NCBI RefSeq assembly: GCF_001194135.2
Contig: NC_068981.1
Span: 189,105,557-189,169,556 of the forward strand
Length of the DNA stretch: 64,000 bases
Direction: 5' to 3'
Source of the DNA: Octopus bimaculoides
Lineage: Eukaryota
Shown: in pieces, positions 1 through 13,330 of the stretch
Layout of the letters: every line of letters starts with the position of its first letter
Position numbering within the stretch: the stretch's first letter is position 1
Notes under the pieces: model-generated
What the model was told of the DNA's origin: nothing
Database searches by the model: none
The model's input: only the letters and a program-made list of their open reading frames with translations
Position numbers and translations under genes: made by a program

Positions 1-365
1 TGGCCATGCTGGAGCACCACCTTTAGTCGAGCAAATCGACCCCAGGACTTATTCTTTTGAAGCCTAGTACTTATTCTATCGGTCTCTTTTGCCGAACCGC
101 TAAGTTACGGGGACATAAACACACCAGCATCGGTTGTCAAGCGATGTTGGGGGGACAAACACAGACATACAAACACAGACCACACATACATATATATATA
201 TATACGACAGGCTTCTTTCAGTTTCCGTCTACCAAATCCACGCACAAGGCTTTGGTCGGCCCGAGGCTATAGTAGAAGACACTTGCCCAAGATGCCACAC
301 AGTGGGACTGAACCCGGGACCATGTGGTTGGTAAGCAAGCTACTTAGCACACAGCCACTCCTACG
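1..365 (-). mobile_element. tRNA-derived SINE, family A (internal CA/TA microsatellite); runs off the window edge
   Basis: Minus strand reads GGAGTGGCTGTGTG...GGTTCAGTCCCACTG (A/B-box-like head), then GGGCAAGTGTCTTCTACTATAGCC. The same sequence recurs more than 10 times in the window. Confidence 0.9.
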
Positions 366-811
366 CTTGTATTTGTTTCTTTTAAAACCCTGTGATGTAA
401 ACTTGTAGAGACAACCACCTGTTTTGGAAACTTCATGGTCAGTCAGGGGAATGATTTTCATATCTTATTGTATGGCCTTTCACAATGTGATCATTAGCCA
501 TTGTCATGGAAGGCTATCTAGAGCTGGGATTGTAATTAGTGCATGTGCAATATCAGAGCAGCACGTGCAATACAGGTTATGGGAGGAGGAGAAGAAGTAA
601 GCATGTTGAAATACCATCTCCATTCGCTTGTTACACATTAGAACTGCCATAAAAGTTTTTCGCAATTCGAAACAGAATTCCACATGAACACATTTCTTTT
701 CCTCTTCTCCAAATTGCTTCATTATTTAACTCATGCCAAAATGCACTAAACACACAAACATACAGATATATACACACACATTATACAAGACATTTATACA
801 CACACACACAC

Positions 812-911
812 NNNNNNNNNNNNNNNNNNNNNNNNNNNNNNNNNNNNNNNNNNNNNNNNNNNNNNNNNNNNNNNNNNNNNNNNNNNNNNNNNNNNNNNNN
901 NNNNNNNNNNN
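812..911. other. Assembly gap (100 N) between CA and TA microsatellites
   Basis: Run of N in the sequence. Confidence 1.
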
Positions 912-913
912 AC

Positions 914-946
<33 letters not shown>

Positions 947-986
947 CATATACATATACACTCACACACACATGCCCAAAGGTTCA

Positions 987-999
<13 letters not shown>

Positions 1000-1021
<22 letters not shown>

Positions 1022-1258
1022 CTTTGAGCAAAATAATTTCACATTGGTCCAGTCCATTCAGCTGGCAAAAGTGAGTTGTACCTGTAATTCAAAGGGACCA
1101 GCCTTGCCACATTCTGTGTCATGCTGAATCTCCCTGCAAAATATGTTAAGTGTAGTCGGTGGAGTGCTCAACTACCTGCAGGTTAATTTCATGAGCAGGC
1201 AGTTCCGTTGATCAGATGAACTGGGACACTCATCACCGTAAATGACTGAGAGCCAGGC
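1000..1258 (+). mobile_element. SINE family C fragment, 5'-truncated
   Basis: TTGAGCAAAATAATTTCACATTG...CCAGTCCATTCAGCTG resembles the copies at 21765, 44195 and 50090. Confidence 0.6.
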
Positions 1259-1271
1259 CATATATATATAT

Positions 1272-1405
1272 AGATCGTTAACCACTACACATTGTTCCTT
1301 TCTGTGGAAGAGCGTAGGCTCGAAACGTTAAAGACTTTTTCACTTCCCAAGCATTATACTAATACATCTGTTTGTTATCTACACTACCTGTCTTCATCTT
1401 TTGTT
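1272..1405 (+). mobile_element. Penelope-like element terminal fragment carrying a hammerhead-like motif
   Basis: Contains CTTT-CTGTGGAA-GAGC GTAG GCTC-GAAA-CGTT-AAAG, followed by a T-rich tail and (TA)n. Confidence 0.55.
1298..1333 (+). ncRNA. Minimal type-I hammerhead-ribozyme-like motif (variant core)
   Basis: Stem I CUUU/AAAG; core CUGUGGA+A; stem II GAGC/GCUC with a 4-nt loop; GAAA; palindromic AACGUU stem III; GUU cleavage triplet. Confidence 0.55.
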
Positions 1406-1422
1406 TGTTTTTTGTGAATTCT

Positions 1423-1491
<69 letters not shown>

Positions 1492-1679
1492 TACATACAT
1501 ACATACATACACGAGTGTGTATGATTTTGTATGGAAGAATATATTAATCAAAAGAATTCCAACTTTGTCTGATTTCATTATATTATATTATAAGATTCTA
1601 AATAAAGTGTGAAAATCAGACAGTTGGAATTCCTTAGATTTATATATATATATATATAAATTAAAGGAATCACTCCTTT

Positions 1680-2150
1680 TTCACTTTCTCTTTCTTTCCT
1701 TCTTTTCCTTTGACCTCTCCATTTTAACATACACATCTGTTCTCCCCTCTCTATCCACTTAATACTACCACTACATTCTCAAATCTTCATTCATATCACG
1801 AGACCCCATTGAATGAACAGCACATGGAATCTACATCTCCACACTTTCCATTTCTGAGGACAAAATATGAACTCCTATTGGAATTTACATACCATGGACA
1901 GGAAGCATTTCTACCAGTTCTACACACCACTTTCCTTGGATAATGGAACTGCAACTACAACATCTTTATACATTTTTATTTCTACATTCATTCTCCTATT
2001 TCCCTATATACTCATCTGCTTCCTTTTCCCAAATAACTCCTCATATTGAACTCTAATATTTCCCTCTATTTAACCATCTCACATTGTCTCTGATGAAGGG
2101 ATATCCCTAATATCCCAGAAACAGCTGTAAAACTATCTTTCTCTTTATAA
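1680..2150 (+). mobile_element. Decayed Penelope-like element 3' region ending in a hammerhead-like motif
   Basis: Pyrimidine-rich decayed body ending in CTGATGAAGGGATA...TATCCCAGAAACAGCTGTAA. Confidence 0.45.
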
Positions 2151-2199
2151 ATGTCTTGAAAATTCCACAGAGCCTTGGTTTTGTCTCATTTTATTTAAC

Positions 2200-2276
<77 letters not shown>

Positions 2277-2284
2277 GTGATTGC

Positions 2285-3350
2285 TCCAATTTCACAGATG
2301 ACTGCTGTCTCCTTGTGCTTCCTAGTTATCAATATTTCCTCCTTGGCCTCCTATGGCATCATGTTGAAGAAGATTGCAAAGAGAATCAGGGCCAGAACAC
2401 AACCCTGGTTCAGACCATTCTAAATGGGTAAGGATTCTAACAGGTCACTGTTGTGCTTGATCTGTCCTCACTAACCTTTGTGTAGCAACTGAAGGAGAAA
2501 GAAGGGACTTGGATAGACAACTATTCCACTCCAGGTTTCTCTACAGCCCATTCCTATTGACCATATTGAATGCCTTTGTTAGATTGATGACAGCAGCATA
2601 AAAAAGCCATGTTTCATTTTCTGCATTTCTCCTGTATCTGACAGAGGACAAAAATCATGTCTGTAGTGATTCAGTTGGCATGAAAACCACACTGACTCTC
2701 TGGAAGGATGTTGTCAGCAATGGCAGCAATAAGTCTTTCTAGAAGAATGTGTACCAGCAGTATCTTGACTGCAATTGAAACCAGTGTAATTCCTTTGTAA
2801 TTGGAGCACTGACTTCTCTCCTTTGTTCTGATATAGAGACACTATTATGGCATGGAAAAGGTTGCTTAGTATTTTCCTTCTCTCCCAGCACAAAGTAAGC
2901 TTCATGAAATCAGCTCCCACTCTTCTGCCAGAAGACCATTCACACTAAAATCCTTGTGATTTCTCAGCTTGGCTACTGTTGCGTTGATCTCACATATGGA
3001 AGGCGGGTTGCACTGTCCTGTTTTTGCCTTCCACTGTGGTGTACTGGCACTGGATGCTGCTTACACAAAGCACATGTCTCCAAACAAACTTTTATACTGT
3101 TCAAACCAACACAGCATGATATTGTTATTCTTGTCAGCAGAGTGCAAAGGGGTTTAAGTCTGCTAGGCATATATGGCACAATGTGTCTCATGGAGGGATC
3201 TGATGTCTTCCCATTCAGCATAATGTTGTTCTCCCCTAGTAAGTACTGCTCACCAGTTGTTCTGAGTCTCCCACAACTTTCTCTGGAAGATGCTGCATGC
3301 AGACTTGACTGAAGGCTATTGGGGTTGGTGAGCACTCCTTGATGACAAGT
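2285..3350 (-). mobile_element. Decayed RTE-clade LINE, reverse transcriptase fragment
   Basis: Minus-strand translations with frameshifts give HAIIVSLYQNKGEKS (cf. RTE A.IV.LYKNKG.KSDC.NYRGI.LL) and QGCVLALILFAIF (cf. QGCVLAP.LF). Confidence 0.75.
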
Positions 3351-3387
3351 GTGCTTCTGTGGAGCAATTGTTGGATTTTCTCCTCAT

Positions 3388-3476
3388 TTTCACCAAATCA
3401 GTCTTTGTTCTTTCCATTTTCACCAAACCAGTCTTTGTTCTTTCCATTTTCATCAAACCAGTCTTTGTTCTTTCTC
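3388..3476. repeat. Tandem repeat, 30 bp unit x ~3
   Basis: TTTCACCAAA(T/C)CAGTCTTTGTTCTTTCCAT repeated; seen as FSPNQSLFFP x3 in the ORF track. Confidence 0.9.
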
Positions 3477-4573
3477 ACAAGAAATCCATTACATCAGCTG
3501 CTGTTTTCTGTATTATATATGGCAAGCATTATCAACACTTCTATTGGCTACTTAGATGTTTGAATGTTTACTGTCGAAACTTGACAAACATTTCATGCGT
3601 GTTTGTGTGTGCGTGTGCATGCATGTATTGGAAAATAGATGTAAAAATGATGAAATATGCATATACGTAATGCTTATATCATTACCATAACTTTAACAGC
3701 TGTTTCTCCACATTATCATGTATCAGACAAACTTGTTGAGGCAGATTTTCCTATAGTTAGGTGGTCTTCCTGTTGTCAACCTGATTTTTATTTCCCTGGT
3801 TCTCATATGTAGAAACCATTAAAGCCACTAAACTACAGAAGATTTGTTTATTGAAGGAAGTAAACCATATCACTACTTTTGCTTAAGCGGTGTCGCTAAA
3901 CACTTACACATGTAGAATGTGGGAACAAAATTCACACACACTTGTGCAGTTATTAGAGAATTCTCCATATTTAAATACATAGAAAGATCTGATAAAATTT
4001 GATAGCAATATTTTCTTTCTTTTTTTTTTCAAAATTTAAAATGTAATATTTAAAGAGATTAGAAATTCAATAAAATTATCAAATTAGTGTGCATTAAAAT
4101 GGCTGTTATTTTATATATAGTTTCCAGCTATAGTAGAAACATTATACAAATTCAAAATTTAAATTAGTGTTAAAATTTACTTGAATGACTAAATTAAATT
4201 TTAGGATGGAACAGTTATCAACTTTGCTAAATGAAAATGCGACTAAAGCTCACCATAATCTTTCACTTTAAACCCTTTTCCATTAGTTACTATTGACTAC
4301 TGACTTGCTTCACTATCATTAGCATCATCTTCATTTACTGGATATTTTTCTACCAGAGTAGGGCATAAATATGTTATAAATGTCCTGTTTCATTTGTGTG
4401 GCCCAACACAGTGAGAACCAACTTACTTCATTTTGATTTTTTTCTCTTTATATATTAACTATAAACTTATGATACATTTGCACTAACCATCTATCTTCCA
4501 CATTCACAAATTTCCATACATTTATAGACCTTCATTGAATACATCACCCATGCTTCATTTTAACTTAACTTAC

Positions 4574-4677
4574 CTCCAAGTTCCCAATGTAGAAATGAGA
4601 GAATTTTCTCTAAATCATTTGCCAAAGTGCTGTGTAAGGACCAGCATTTCAAAGAACAGACCCAATGATTTCTCTGC
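4574..4677 (-). other. Candidate internal exon (104 nt) of an unidentified transcript
   Basis: Acceptor CTTTTAGTTGCCTTTTATGACAG, donor GAG|GTAAGT. One open frame, QRNHWVCSLKCWSLHSTLANDLEKILSFLHWELG, with no homology I recognise. Confidence 0.25.
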
Positions 4678-5399
4678 CTGTCATAAAAGGCAACTAAAAG
4701 AGGTACGATTTGCACTCTGACCTCATAAAATCCTCACTATCAACTACTAACCAAACAGATCCATGGGTTGGAGGATTGCCCCTGAGTTGTGCAAAGGTGT
4801 TATCTACCAAGAGTAGTGAATCATTAATAAATGATGGATGCAGCAACGTGTTGTTACAGTGCATGTTCCTATACTACTACTACTACTACTACTACTTTGC
4901 CAAACATTGCACCATAACACTTCTTACATATAACATGTATAGTTAATTTGTATATAGAGATAGAAAACTACCACCAACAGAAATTGTGATTCCTGAATCT
5001 TCTTACATTTCTCTTTAATTAACCCCAGTGCAATCCCTCAATATACTTTTAGTATACCAAATCATACAGATAAAAAATGGTGTCTAATATTTGTAGCTAT
5101 CATAACTGCCTATGGCTTTCATTTTGCAATTGCTTAAAATTTTATCTACTTTGATGATACCTAACACTTTATCTCTATCTAACACTTTGGTTACAATCAA
5201 TTTTGCAAAAGGTTCCATTTACTGTTTGTTATAAACATTCAGTTCTATCATTACCATTGTAAAATATAGAATAGTTCTTATCCATACATTTTGAGAAATG
5301 CTAATGGTGTTTGAGTTTTGCAGCAAGGGCTACTTATTATATCCTATTCTTAACAATTGCCTTGTTTTTCTTAGGCTCTCAACTTCTGATGGATTCATA

Positions 5400-5640
5400 A
5401 GGATACCTTCTAAATATACAGTATGCCAGTTTTCTCCATCTGTTATGGTACTAGGGTTCAGGTCTCCAATAATGATTTGCCAGACCATTCCTTGAAGTTG
5501 TCTATCTTTCCCTCTGTCTGCCTTTTCTTCTTCACAGTACCTCAGAAGGCTTTTGGAAGGTCACAGGATATTACATGGCCATAACATCTCAGCTTTCTCT
5601 GCTTCACTGCTGTGAGATTTTCATGGAATACAATGTAATA
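5400..5640 (-). mobile_element. RTE-clade LINE 3' end fragment
   Basis: Minus strand gives AVKQRKLRCYGHV, then remnants resembling GTV.G.R.RGRQ..RW.DNIKEW.G (GACAACTTCAAGGAATGGTCTGGC). Confidence 0.65.
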
Positions 5641-7319
5641 CAGTATAGTTTTGCTCATTTGTAATAAAATACAAAATATCTAGGATGTTGAGGAGCATCT
5701 CATTTTCAATTCTTCTGAATCTGTCATGAGATCCCATATTTCATATGCATACAGTAAATCTTTGCAAGAACTCATAAACAATGACTACGCTAACTTAGTT
5801 CAAACCAAAATCAGGAAATGGAACCATCACCGTGAACAACACAATCGAACTTCTGCATGCAGAGGCACTCTTTGCTATGTAAAACATTGATTGAAAAACA
5901 CTGAATACTGACTTTAGTAAGAAGTAGCATATGTAAAAATATCTGTATTCTTAACCAGAACAAAACATAACTACCTACCAACTTCATAGCTCATAACAAT
6001 CAACCTTCAAAGAGCATAACACATTCCTTATTTTCACAATTCATAATGTCTTATCAGCCACCAAAACATAAAGAGAATAAAGTCATAAATGAGGTTCCAA
6101 AGCCTCTTTTCCAGCTGAACACACAAAACCTAATCTCACCTTTGCAGTTTACAATTTATTGAACGGCTGATCTTAGTAGAACAGAGATACTGTTTAAGAT
6201 GGAAGATAAAATCAAAGTGTCAAAGAGAAACCTATGTTTCTTACAAAAACATAAATAAAAATCAATATTCTGATATACAATGTTTTTATGCATCTGATCT
6301 ATACATTGATAACCTCTTTCAGCATTACAGATTTGAACAGATGCTTTTCTAACTTTTCACTTGTATGCCTTAAAACAAGAAACTGGTGTTTGAAATAAAT
6401 TGCCAACAGCTAAGGACAAAGAATCTGGTTTCACTAGTTCCTTATATTTTGCTTTTCATTAAAATTCTGCCCTCACAGTTAACATCTTGTTGCTAACATT
6501 GCAATGTGACCATTTATTTTACCAAGTTCCAGACCTTCTATTGCTTGTAGTGTTAAGGTCACTTGTTGTTCTGAGTTCAATTCCTTTTATATAGATGATT
6601 GGTTCAACTAACTGCAGTTACAGATAGTTTTGGCTACATTTTGTTGTACAATGTAGGTTACACTGAAAAGAATGAAGAACTGTATCATTAGTTTTTATAG
6701 AAGCTTTCTTTGAAAATGAAATATTTTCATGTGAGAACACATTGTTAGTTTCTGTGAAAAATATTTCCAGGATTCCTATTATTAAAACAGGCCATACATT
6801 CACTGAAGTATACAGAAGAAAATTTATTCTAAAACTAAATTGGGATTATTATTGAGTTTGTTTCAAGTATGTCTATGTTTATTTTAAACAACTACAAGCT
6901 ATAGTACTACCACAACACATTACTTGGTAATTGATTGTCTCTTACTTTTTCTGTACATTACATGATACTTGGCCCTGATAGTTTAGTAATCAATTTGGAT
7001 GTGTGGATATGTGCAAACATTTGCACAAACCTTTGTTGATGCAGAAAAGAGTTCTCTACTCACTCACTCTTCCTATCAACTCCACAATCAGTATAAACAT
7101 CGTGAAAAGTAGATTTAGAGATTGTTAAAATGCCTCTGATCCCTCACAGCAAACCTTTCCATAGCCATCTGATCAGTCATTAGCTTTTCAACACCCCACA
7201 AGATGCAACCACTCTATCTCCTATTCTTCATCTCAAACAAGGGTACTCTTTTGTCTTGCAACTTCAGTAGAGCTGGTGCAATGAAAATCTCAGCCAGCAC
7301 ATTCTGCAAAGTGTAAAGT

Positions 7320-7470
7320 TGATGGCCTTAGGAAGGACAGCCAACCATAGAAACCATGCTGTAACAGTGATACTGGAACAAGATGTTATCCTTAGACCAA
7401 CTGGATCCTGCTTAACCATCCAACCCATGCCAGCATGGAATGCTGACATAAGAATGATCATAATGATGGA
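7320..7470 (+). mobile_element. SINE-like family D (GAT-tailed), old copy
   Basis: CCATCCAACCCATGCCAGCATGGAA followed by a degenerate GAT tail. Confidence 0.6.
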
Positions 7471-7641
7471 GTGAAATGAATTTCTCATATTTTAAACAAC
7501 TGAAGCTCATAGTATAGTGAAATTCATGAAGTTAAAATATATTAAAGGCTAGCTGTGCAACAAGAAAGTATGGAAATATTGTGAAGGGAGGAGCTTTTGA
7601 GTTTATTACAAGTAATGGTTGCCTGGATGAAAATGCATTAC

Positions 7642-7732
7642 CTTTCAGTAAATTTATACTGGATGGTTTTTCTGCCTTTTACCATGTAATAAGAAGCAGT
7701 CAGTTATAGAATCAAATGCAATCTGAATAGAT
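7642..7732 (-). other. Candidate exon (91 nt)
   Basis: Acceptor CTGCTTTATTACAG, donor AAG|GTAATG. Best frame SIQIAFDSITDCFLLHGKRQKNHPV ends in a stop before the donor. Confidence 0.2.
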
Positions 7733-9428
7733 CTGTAATAAAGCAGATCCTCTCAATATAAGTTAATTTTGCTTTATGTTGTTCACTATCTTTAATAAGT
7801 TGAGATTGTATTATATTTCACACAACACTCAGATTATCTTTTGAGGATCAAATAAAATGCTGCTTTAGATATAAACAGAAATTACTGTTGCTGTATTTGG
7901 AAATATTCTTATTGTACCAATAATAACAGCTGCAATATGTTGCATTGTAATGTAACAGATATCAACAAGTAGGAGAATTTTTCGAATGGCATAATCACTG
8001 CACATTTTATTATAAACAGAGTCCACTGGAACATTTATGGTTTGTGCTCCTAAATTATGTAGAGAATATTGCAAGCTGTGTATAAACCAACACACACACA
8101 CACACACCAACTACCATAAGAAGAAAGATGTATATTGAATAGAGTGTTGAGAGGGGTAACATACAAATCACACACAGGGGAGATTATAGATGAAAAGTTT
8201 GAAGAACATGACTATATCAAAAGGAAACCTTCACCTATAACCTGCTTGCATGTGCTAGACAAACATGACAGATCAATTAATGTTCCCAGAGGAGGGTAAC
8301 ATTTACATAGTTATTTGCCTTGATAGAAATAGCAACCAAACACCCTACCATCTTAAAAACATTACAGTCTAAGACACAACAATGATTGAATAAAAAAAAA
8401 GAGATGATAGGCATGGTTAGCATGTCTTGGATCTGAGCAAAGATTATACAAAAATTACCTCAGAGTGTGGAAGATACCTTGAAGAATTCAGTATACAACC
8501 AGACACAATTTAGTCAAAGTAATGCAGACATGAATTTGAGTGCAGCAGCACTGATACACAATTTTATACTTAAATGGTTTAGTCAGATGAAGGAAAGCAG
8601 CATACACAGAGAACTAAAATACAGTAGAGAACTGTGTTAAAGGCACCTTAACCATGATATAGTGGTAGAAATAGTTCTTACTATGTTAATTTTACTATAT
8701 TGATGTGTATACAATAAATTTATAAGCTTTGAGTTGTTAACTTTGCACAGAGAGTAAAGTTTGAAAAAATACTTGGAATATTTATAAAAACTTCATAATC
8801 TTGATTAACAACAGCATTTTTGTGCTAGGAGATAATCAGTTATTCTGATCCTAATACTTAACTGCAACTTTATTTTATCAACTTGCAACATGATTTGAAC
8901 TACAAGTATAAGGGGACGTAGCTAAATACTTCAACTATTTTGTCTTATGCCCTGCCAGTTCACTGCCCTTTAATATATAAATGATTATAAATAATGTGTG
9001 GCATTTTCAGTTACTGCTGAGCCACACTGCCACAAGAAAACTAGACATTAAAGCAATCAAACAAGAATACACAAAACAAAAAAGATAGGAAAAATATTGG
9101 AGGAATAAGCAAGGAAACCAACCCACCTTATAACAACATCCCTACCAGTTTTTGAACTAGGCCATAAACTATAACCTGTGGACATTGATTTGAAGGTGGT
9201 GATAATGTATAATATAATGTAAAAGGAAAGAGACCATGAAAGATTGAAGAAGAGAGAATGGTGTAAGGAAACGGTAAAAAATATACGTAATGGACAATAC
9301 CAAGCAAGGCAACAACAAAATATCTTTTTAAAAAATGAAGAGAAAAGAAAATGCTAGACAGAAAAGAAAAAAACTGGAAAAGAACAAACTAACGATAAGA
9401 CTATTTTGCAAAAGAGAGAGAGATAATG

Positions 9429-9467
<39 letters not shown>

Positions 9468-10029
9468 ATATATAAAGAGAGAAAGAGAGAGAGAAAACGA
9501 AAGAAATGGAGAGAGGTAATCGTATGCATATAATAAAGAAAAATAGTCAATCAAAATATTCTCATAGCCTATACAGTAAGTTATTAGTAATTGAGTTGAA
9601 GCAGATGCAGTGAAGTAGGATGTATGTGGTTATATTGTAAAGTTATGAAATGCTTTGATACTTGGTAATATGCTGTTGCTTTTATCCTTCTGTACCAGTG
9701 TTTAACCCATTTCAGTACAGGTCCTGCATTCATGCATAGCATTGCAACCAAGATGTTTCATCAATCAACACATTACTCTTTTTGACATTGGAAGCCAATC
9801 AATGGTAGTCAGATCTTGAAGGTCTTGTTTCCTTAACAAGAAGGTTAATAATACTAAGTGAAATTTGAAATCTAATTTCAAAGCACCAGAACAGGCACCA
9901 CAAGGCAGCTTATTTAATGCCTTATCAATCTGCACCAATTTACTGTTCTGAACTGGTACTTTATCAAACTCAAACTCAAAGAAAAAAAAATGCAAAACTG
10001 ACCCCAGATTTGAGTTCAGAGCACAGAGA

Positions 10030-10370
10030 GCTGAAACAAATAATTGGCACTGTCAGTTACAACAATGAGGGTTCCAGTTGATCCGATCTCAGAACAGCCT
10101 GCTCATGAAATTAACATGCAAGTGACCAAGCACTTCACAGACACACATGCCCTTAACATAGTTCTCAGGGAGATTCAGCATGACACAGAATACGATAAGG
10201 CAGGCCCTTTGAAATATAGGCGCTACCCAATTTTTCCAGTAGAGTGGAGAGGAGCAATGTGAAATAAAGTGTCTTGCTCAAGGACACAACACACCACTGG
10301 AAATTTAACACACAACCTTACAATCCTGAGCTGAATACCTCAACCACAAAGCCACACACCCACATGTTGA
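10030..10370 (-). mobile_element. SINE family C copy
   Basis: Reverse complement contains GTGTCCTTGAGCAAGACACTTTATTTCAC and a tRNA-like head. Confidence 0.7.
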
Positions 10371-11249
10371 AGCATACCACAAGGAATTCTACTGAACACT
10401 AATAACTTTGGTCAATTCAGCTTAACACATTTATTAAATGTAAAAATATAAATAAAATAGAACAGAAATGATTATAAATATAGCATGTGTATTTAAAATG
10501 GCTCTACTATGATGTAATATGTCTTTCACTTCCAACTAACAGATTATCTCAGATAAAAATCACTTGCCAAACAAGTGAAACAAAAGAATTTTTATAATTG
10601 GCAATCAAAAAATTATTCTCAAACTAGCAATAAAAATAATTTTAAAATTTTAGAAATACACATATAAAAAACACTCTAAATTTAAAATTAAAAAAAATTG
10701 CTATGAAGTAGCTATTTAAGTTTGCTTCTGTATTATTACTGAGACAAAGCCTGGAAACTTAACAGAGTCAAGAAAACATAACAGGATATGGAGACAGAAT
10801 TTATTATATTTTTAAGAGGCAGGAGAATAAAAAAAAAAACTTCAATTTATTTGCTTTTACAACTTTACCCCTGAGCTGCAAATATTCAATTTCAGTTTCA
10901 CTCATTTAAGTTTTGCAATAATACAGGGTTACCTTAACCTTCCTGTAGTTACAACTTTATATAAAAGGCTGCCCATCTTATCATGGTTGGCATATTTGAT
11001 TTTTGTTTATAGTAGTTTTAAAACAGAATCAACCAGATGGTTATTTTTACAATACAGTCTAGGATGTTTACTTCCATGTGTGGCAACAGTACACCAATAG
11101 TCCCAGATATTTGATCAGTGTACTAATGTGGATTACACTCTCAACCCACTGACTGATCAGGGCTGAAGTATTTTCAAGCCCTGAAATAGGAAACAGTTAG
11201 AGTTCTTGCAATAGTTTTGATGTAGTTCAACACTTATAAGAAGTTTGAG

Positions 11250-12900
11250 GGTTTCAGATGTGCTGTTTATAAACAGAGAAGATGTATTACTGTATTTTGC
11301 ATTTTTCTTCATTCTTTTGATATCTATTTCCCACTTTTTCTTTGAGTTTTGGTGCTGTTAAAGGAGTTTAGTTTGTTTTGACTATTGGAGGATATTTTAA
11401 AGATTTTTATTCTCTGAATTGGCACAAGTTTAATATGAGATGTCTCGACTGCATACAGCTATATATAGAATGTTTTATCAGGGTGATATTTTATGCATAG
11501 AATTTGGTGTAGTATTGAGAAAATACTTAATGCAAAGAAGGAAGATTGGTAGAGACATGACTAAACAATGAAACACACAAGAGTTCATAAAGAGAGCTTT
11601 ATCGGTGCCTACAGCTGTGGAGATGAAGTCTAACTGGAAAGTTCAGATTTAAAAGATCAGAAACATTCAAAATCCATAAGTAGTTAGGTGAGAATTCACA
11701 TGAGATGCAAAAAATATTTACATTACACTCACCAAACATCTTAAAGGCTGGAATGTGTCACACAAAGAAGATCTTGTGAAATGTAGTTGACCTGGCTCTA
11801 TGGAAACTACAATGATGGTTACAAGAGAAGGGAAAGATTCTCAAGGTGTTAACAGACAGACATTATTTAAGTGCTTTCCACATCTGAGCTGTCAAAAATG
11901 GAGGACAGTAGTTGCCTGATCTTTTCTGTGGGTGAGGTGTTATGCATATTTCCAGAGAGGAAGGAGATTGAAATGGCTTAAGAGTACACTGTTTAATGGG
12001 GTGGTTGGAGAAGGTTTTACACATGAGAGCCATGTGCATCTAGTGGTGAATTAAATAGGATCAAGAGTACTGCAGAAAATATTTGATCACTTTGTATCAG
12101 GAAGTGATATAATAAATAACATAACTGAAGAGTGGTAAGTAGAAAAAATATTTAGAGGTCTTCTTAGAAACAGTTCAGAAAGCCTTCATACAGTTTGGAA
12201 GGTAAAAGAAATTAATGGTCATACCATACTGAATGAACGATTTTCAGATGGAAAGACTTGCTCGAAGACAGTGTCTATTTTTCTGGACACAACAGTGCAA
12301 CTGTATGGGTAGAACTGGAGAGTATTGGGTTTGTTTATGCAGAGAAGAGAATCATAAGGTTTGATATCAGTCAACTGCTAAGCTGCCCTAGATGACTCAG
12401 AGGGCTTTTGCTAAGAAATGAGCAAAGCTCCAAAACAGTAAGCTGGCTTGAAGTACGAGAGTGTATGATGGTATGATAGAAGGTAGTGATCAGGAAATCT
12501 GAGAGGCGATGGTTGGGTGAAGATTAATTCAGATGATTAAAGTCAAAATTGTCAGGTGAGTTAGAATCAATGAGGGAAACGTATGACTGGTGATAGTGAT
12601 TGGTGCAGACAGCAAAAGTGGGAAGACTGTAAGACCAAAAGGAGAAGTGTGCATTGGATTTCAAAGGGAAATGCAGTAAGGCACACCCTTAATGAGGTAC
12701 GAGAGATACTTGAAACAACTGGGAAGTTTGAAAATAGTCAGGGCAGCAAGATAAGTATTAAAAAGTGGATAAGAATAGCCTTGAACTTGAGTAAATAAGT
12801 CTAATATTGAGTGAGTGAAATGATTGAGAACATGGATTCTATGTAGCCAGAGACATTAGCATTAGGAAGAAAGTTAGAGTATAGAGTTTAGTCTTAATAA
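11250..12900 (-). mobile_element. Highly decayed LINE (CR1/L2-like?)
   Basis: Purine-rich plus strand. Weak minus-strand remnants resembling RT C-terminal and 3' motifs (e.g. CTVVSRK, LHFTRSSL). Clade assignment is tentative. Confidence 0.3.
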
Positions 12901-13330
12901 TAGAGATGTCTAATATATCATAAATATTAAGTATAAAGTAATTATTGAATATATTGTAAGTTATCTCAATTAAGTGTTGTTGGAAAATTAAATGATATAA
13001 AATCTCTTTTTAAAGTTAATATTTCATTTCCATCATTTGATTGCATGATCTGTCAAATTATTTATTGTTAATAATGAATTAAAAGGAATATGAAAACACG
13101 TTTATGGCAATAGCAGTTTTCTGTCAAAATGTATGCTAATTTGTAAGATTGAACATATTCAAAAGCAATCCTGGATATGAGAATACTGAAACAAAGTAAC
13201 AATTGAAAATATCCTGGTTCATGTTGTGATTTTATTTAGAACTATATCTAATGAAGATGATGTCAGATTATTTGTTGAAGATTATTATATCAACTGTGCA
13301 AATATATCTACCATGAGGTGCAATTGTTGT

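Noticed and set aside
2298-2427. Plus-strand AG...GTAAGG-bounded segment
   Set aside because: It is antisense to the RTE RT fragment; there is no independent support for exonisation.
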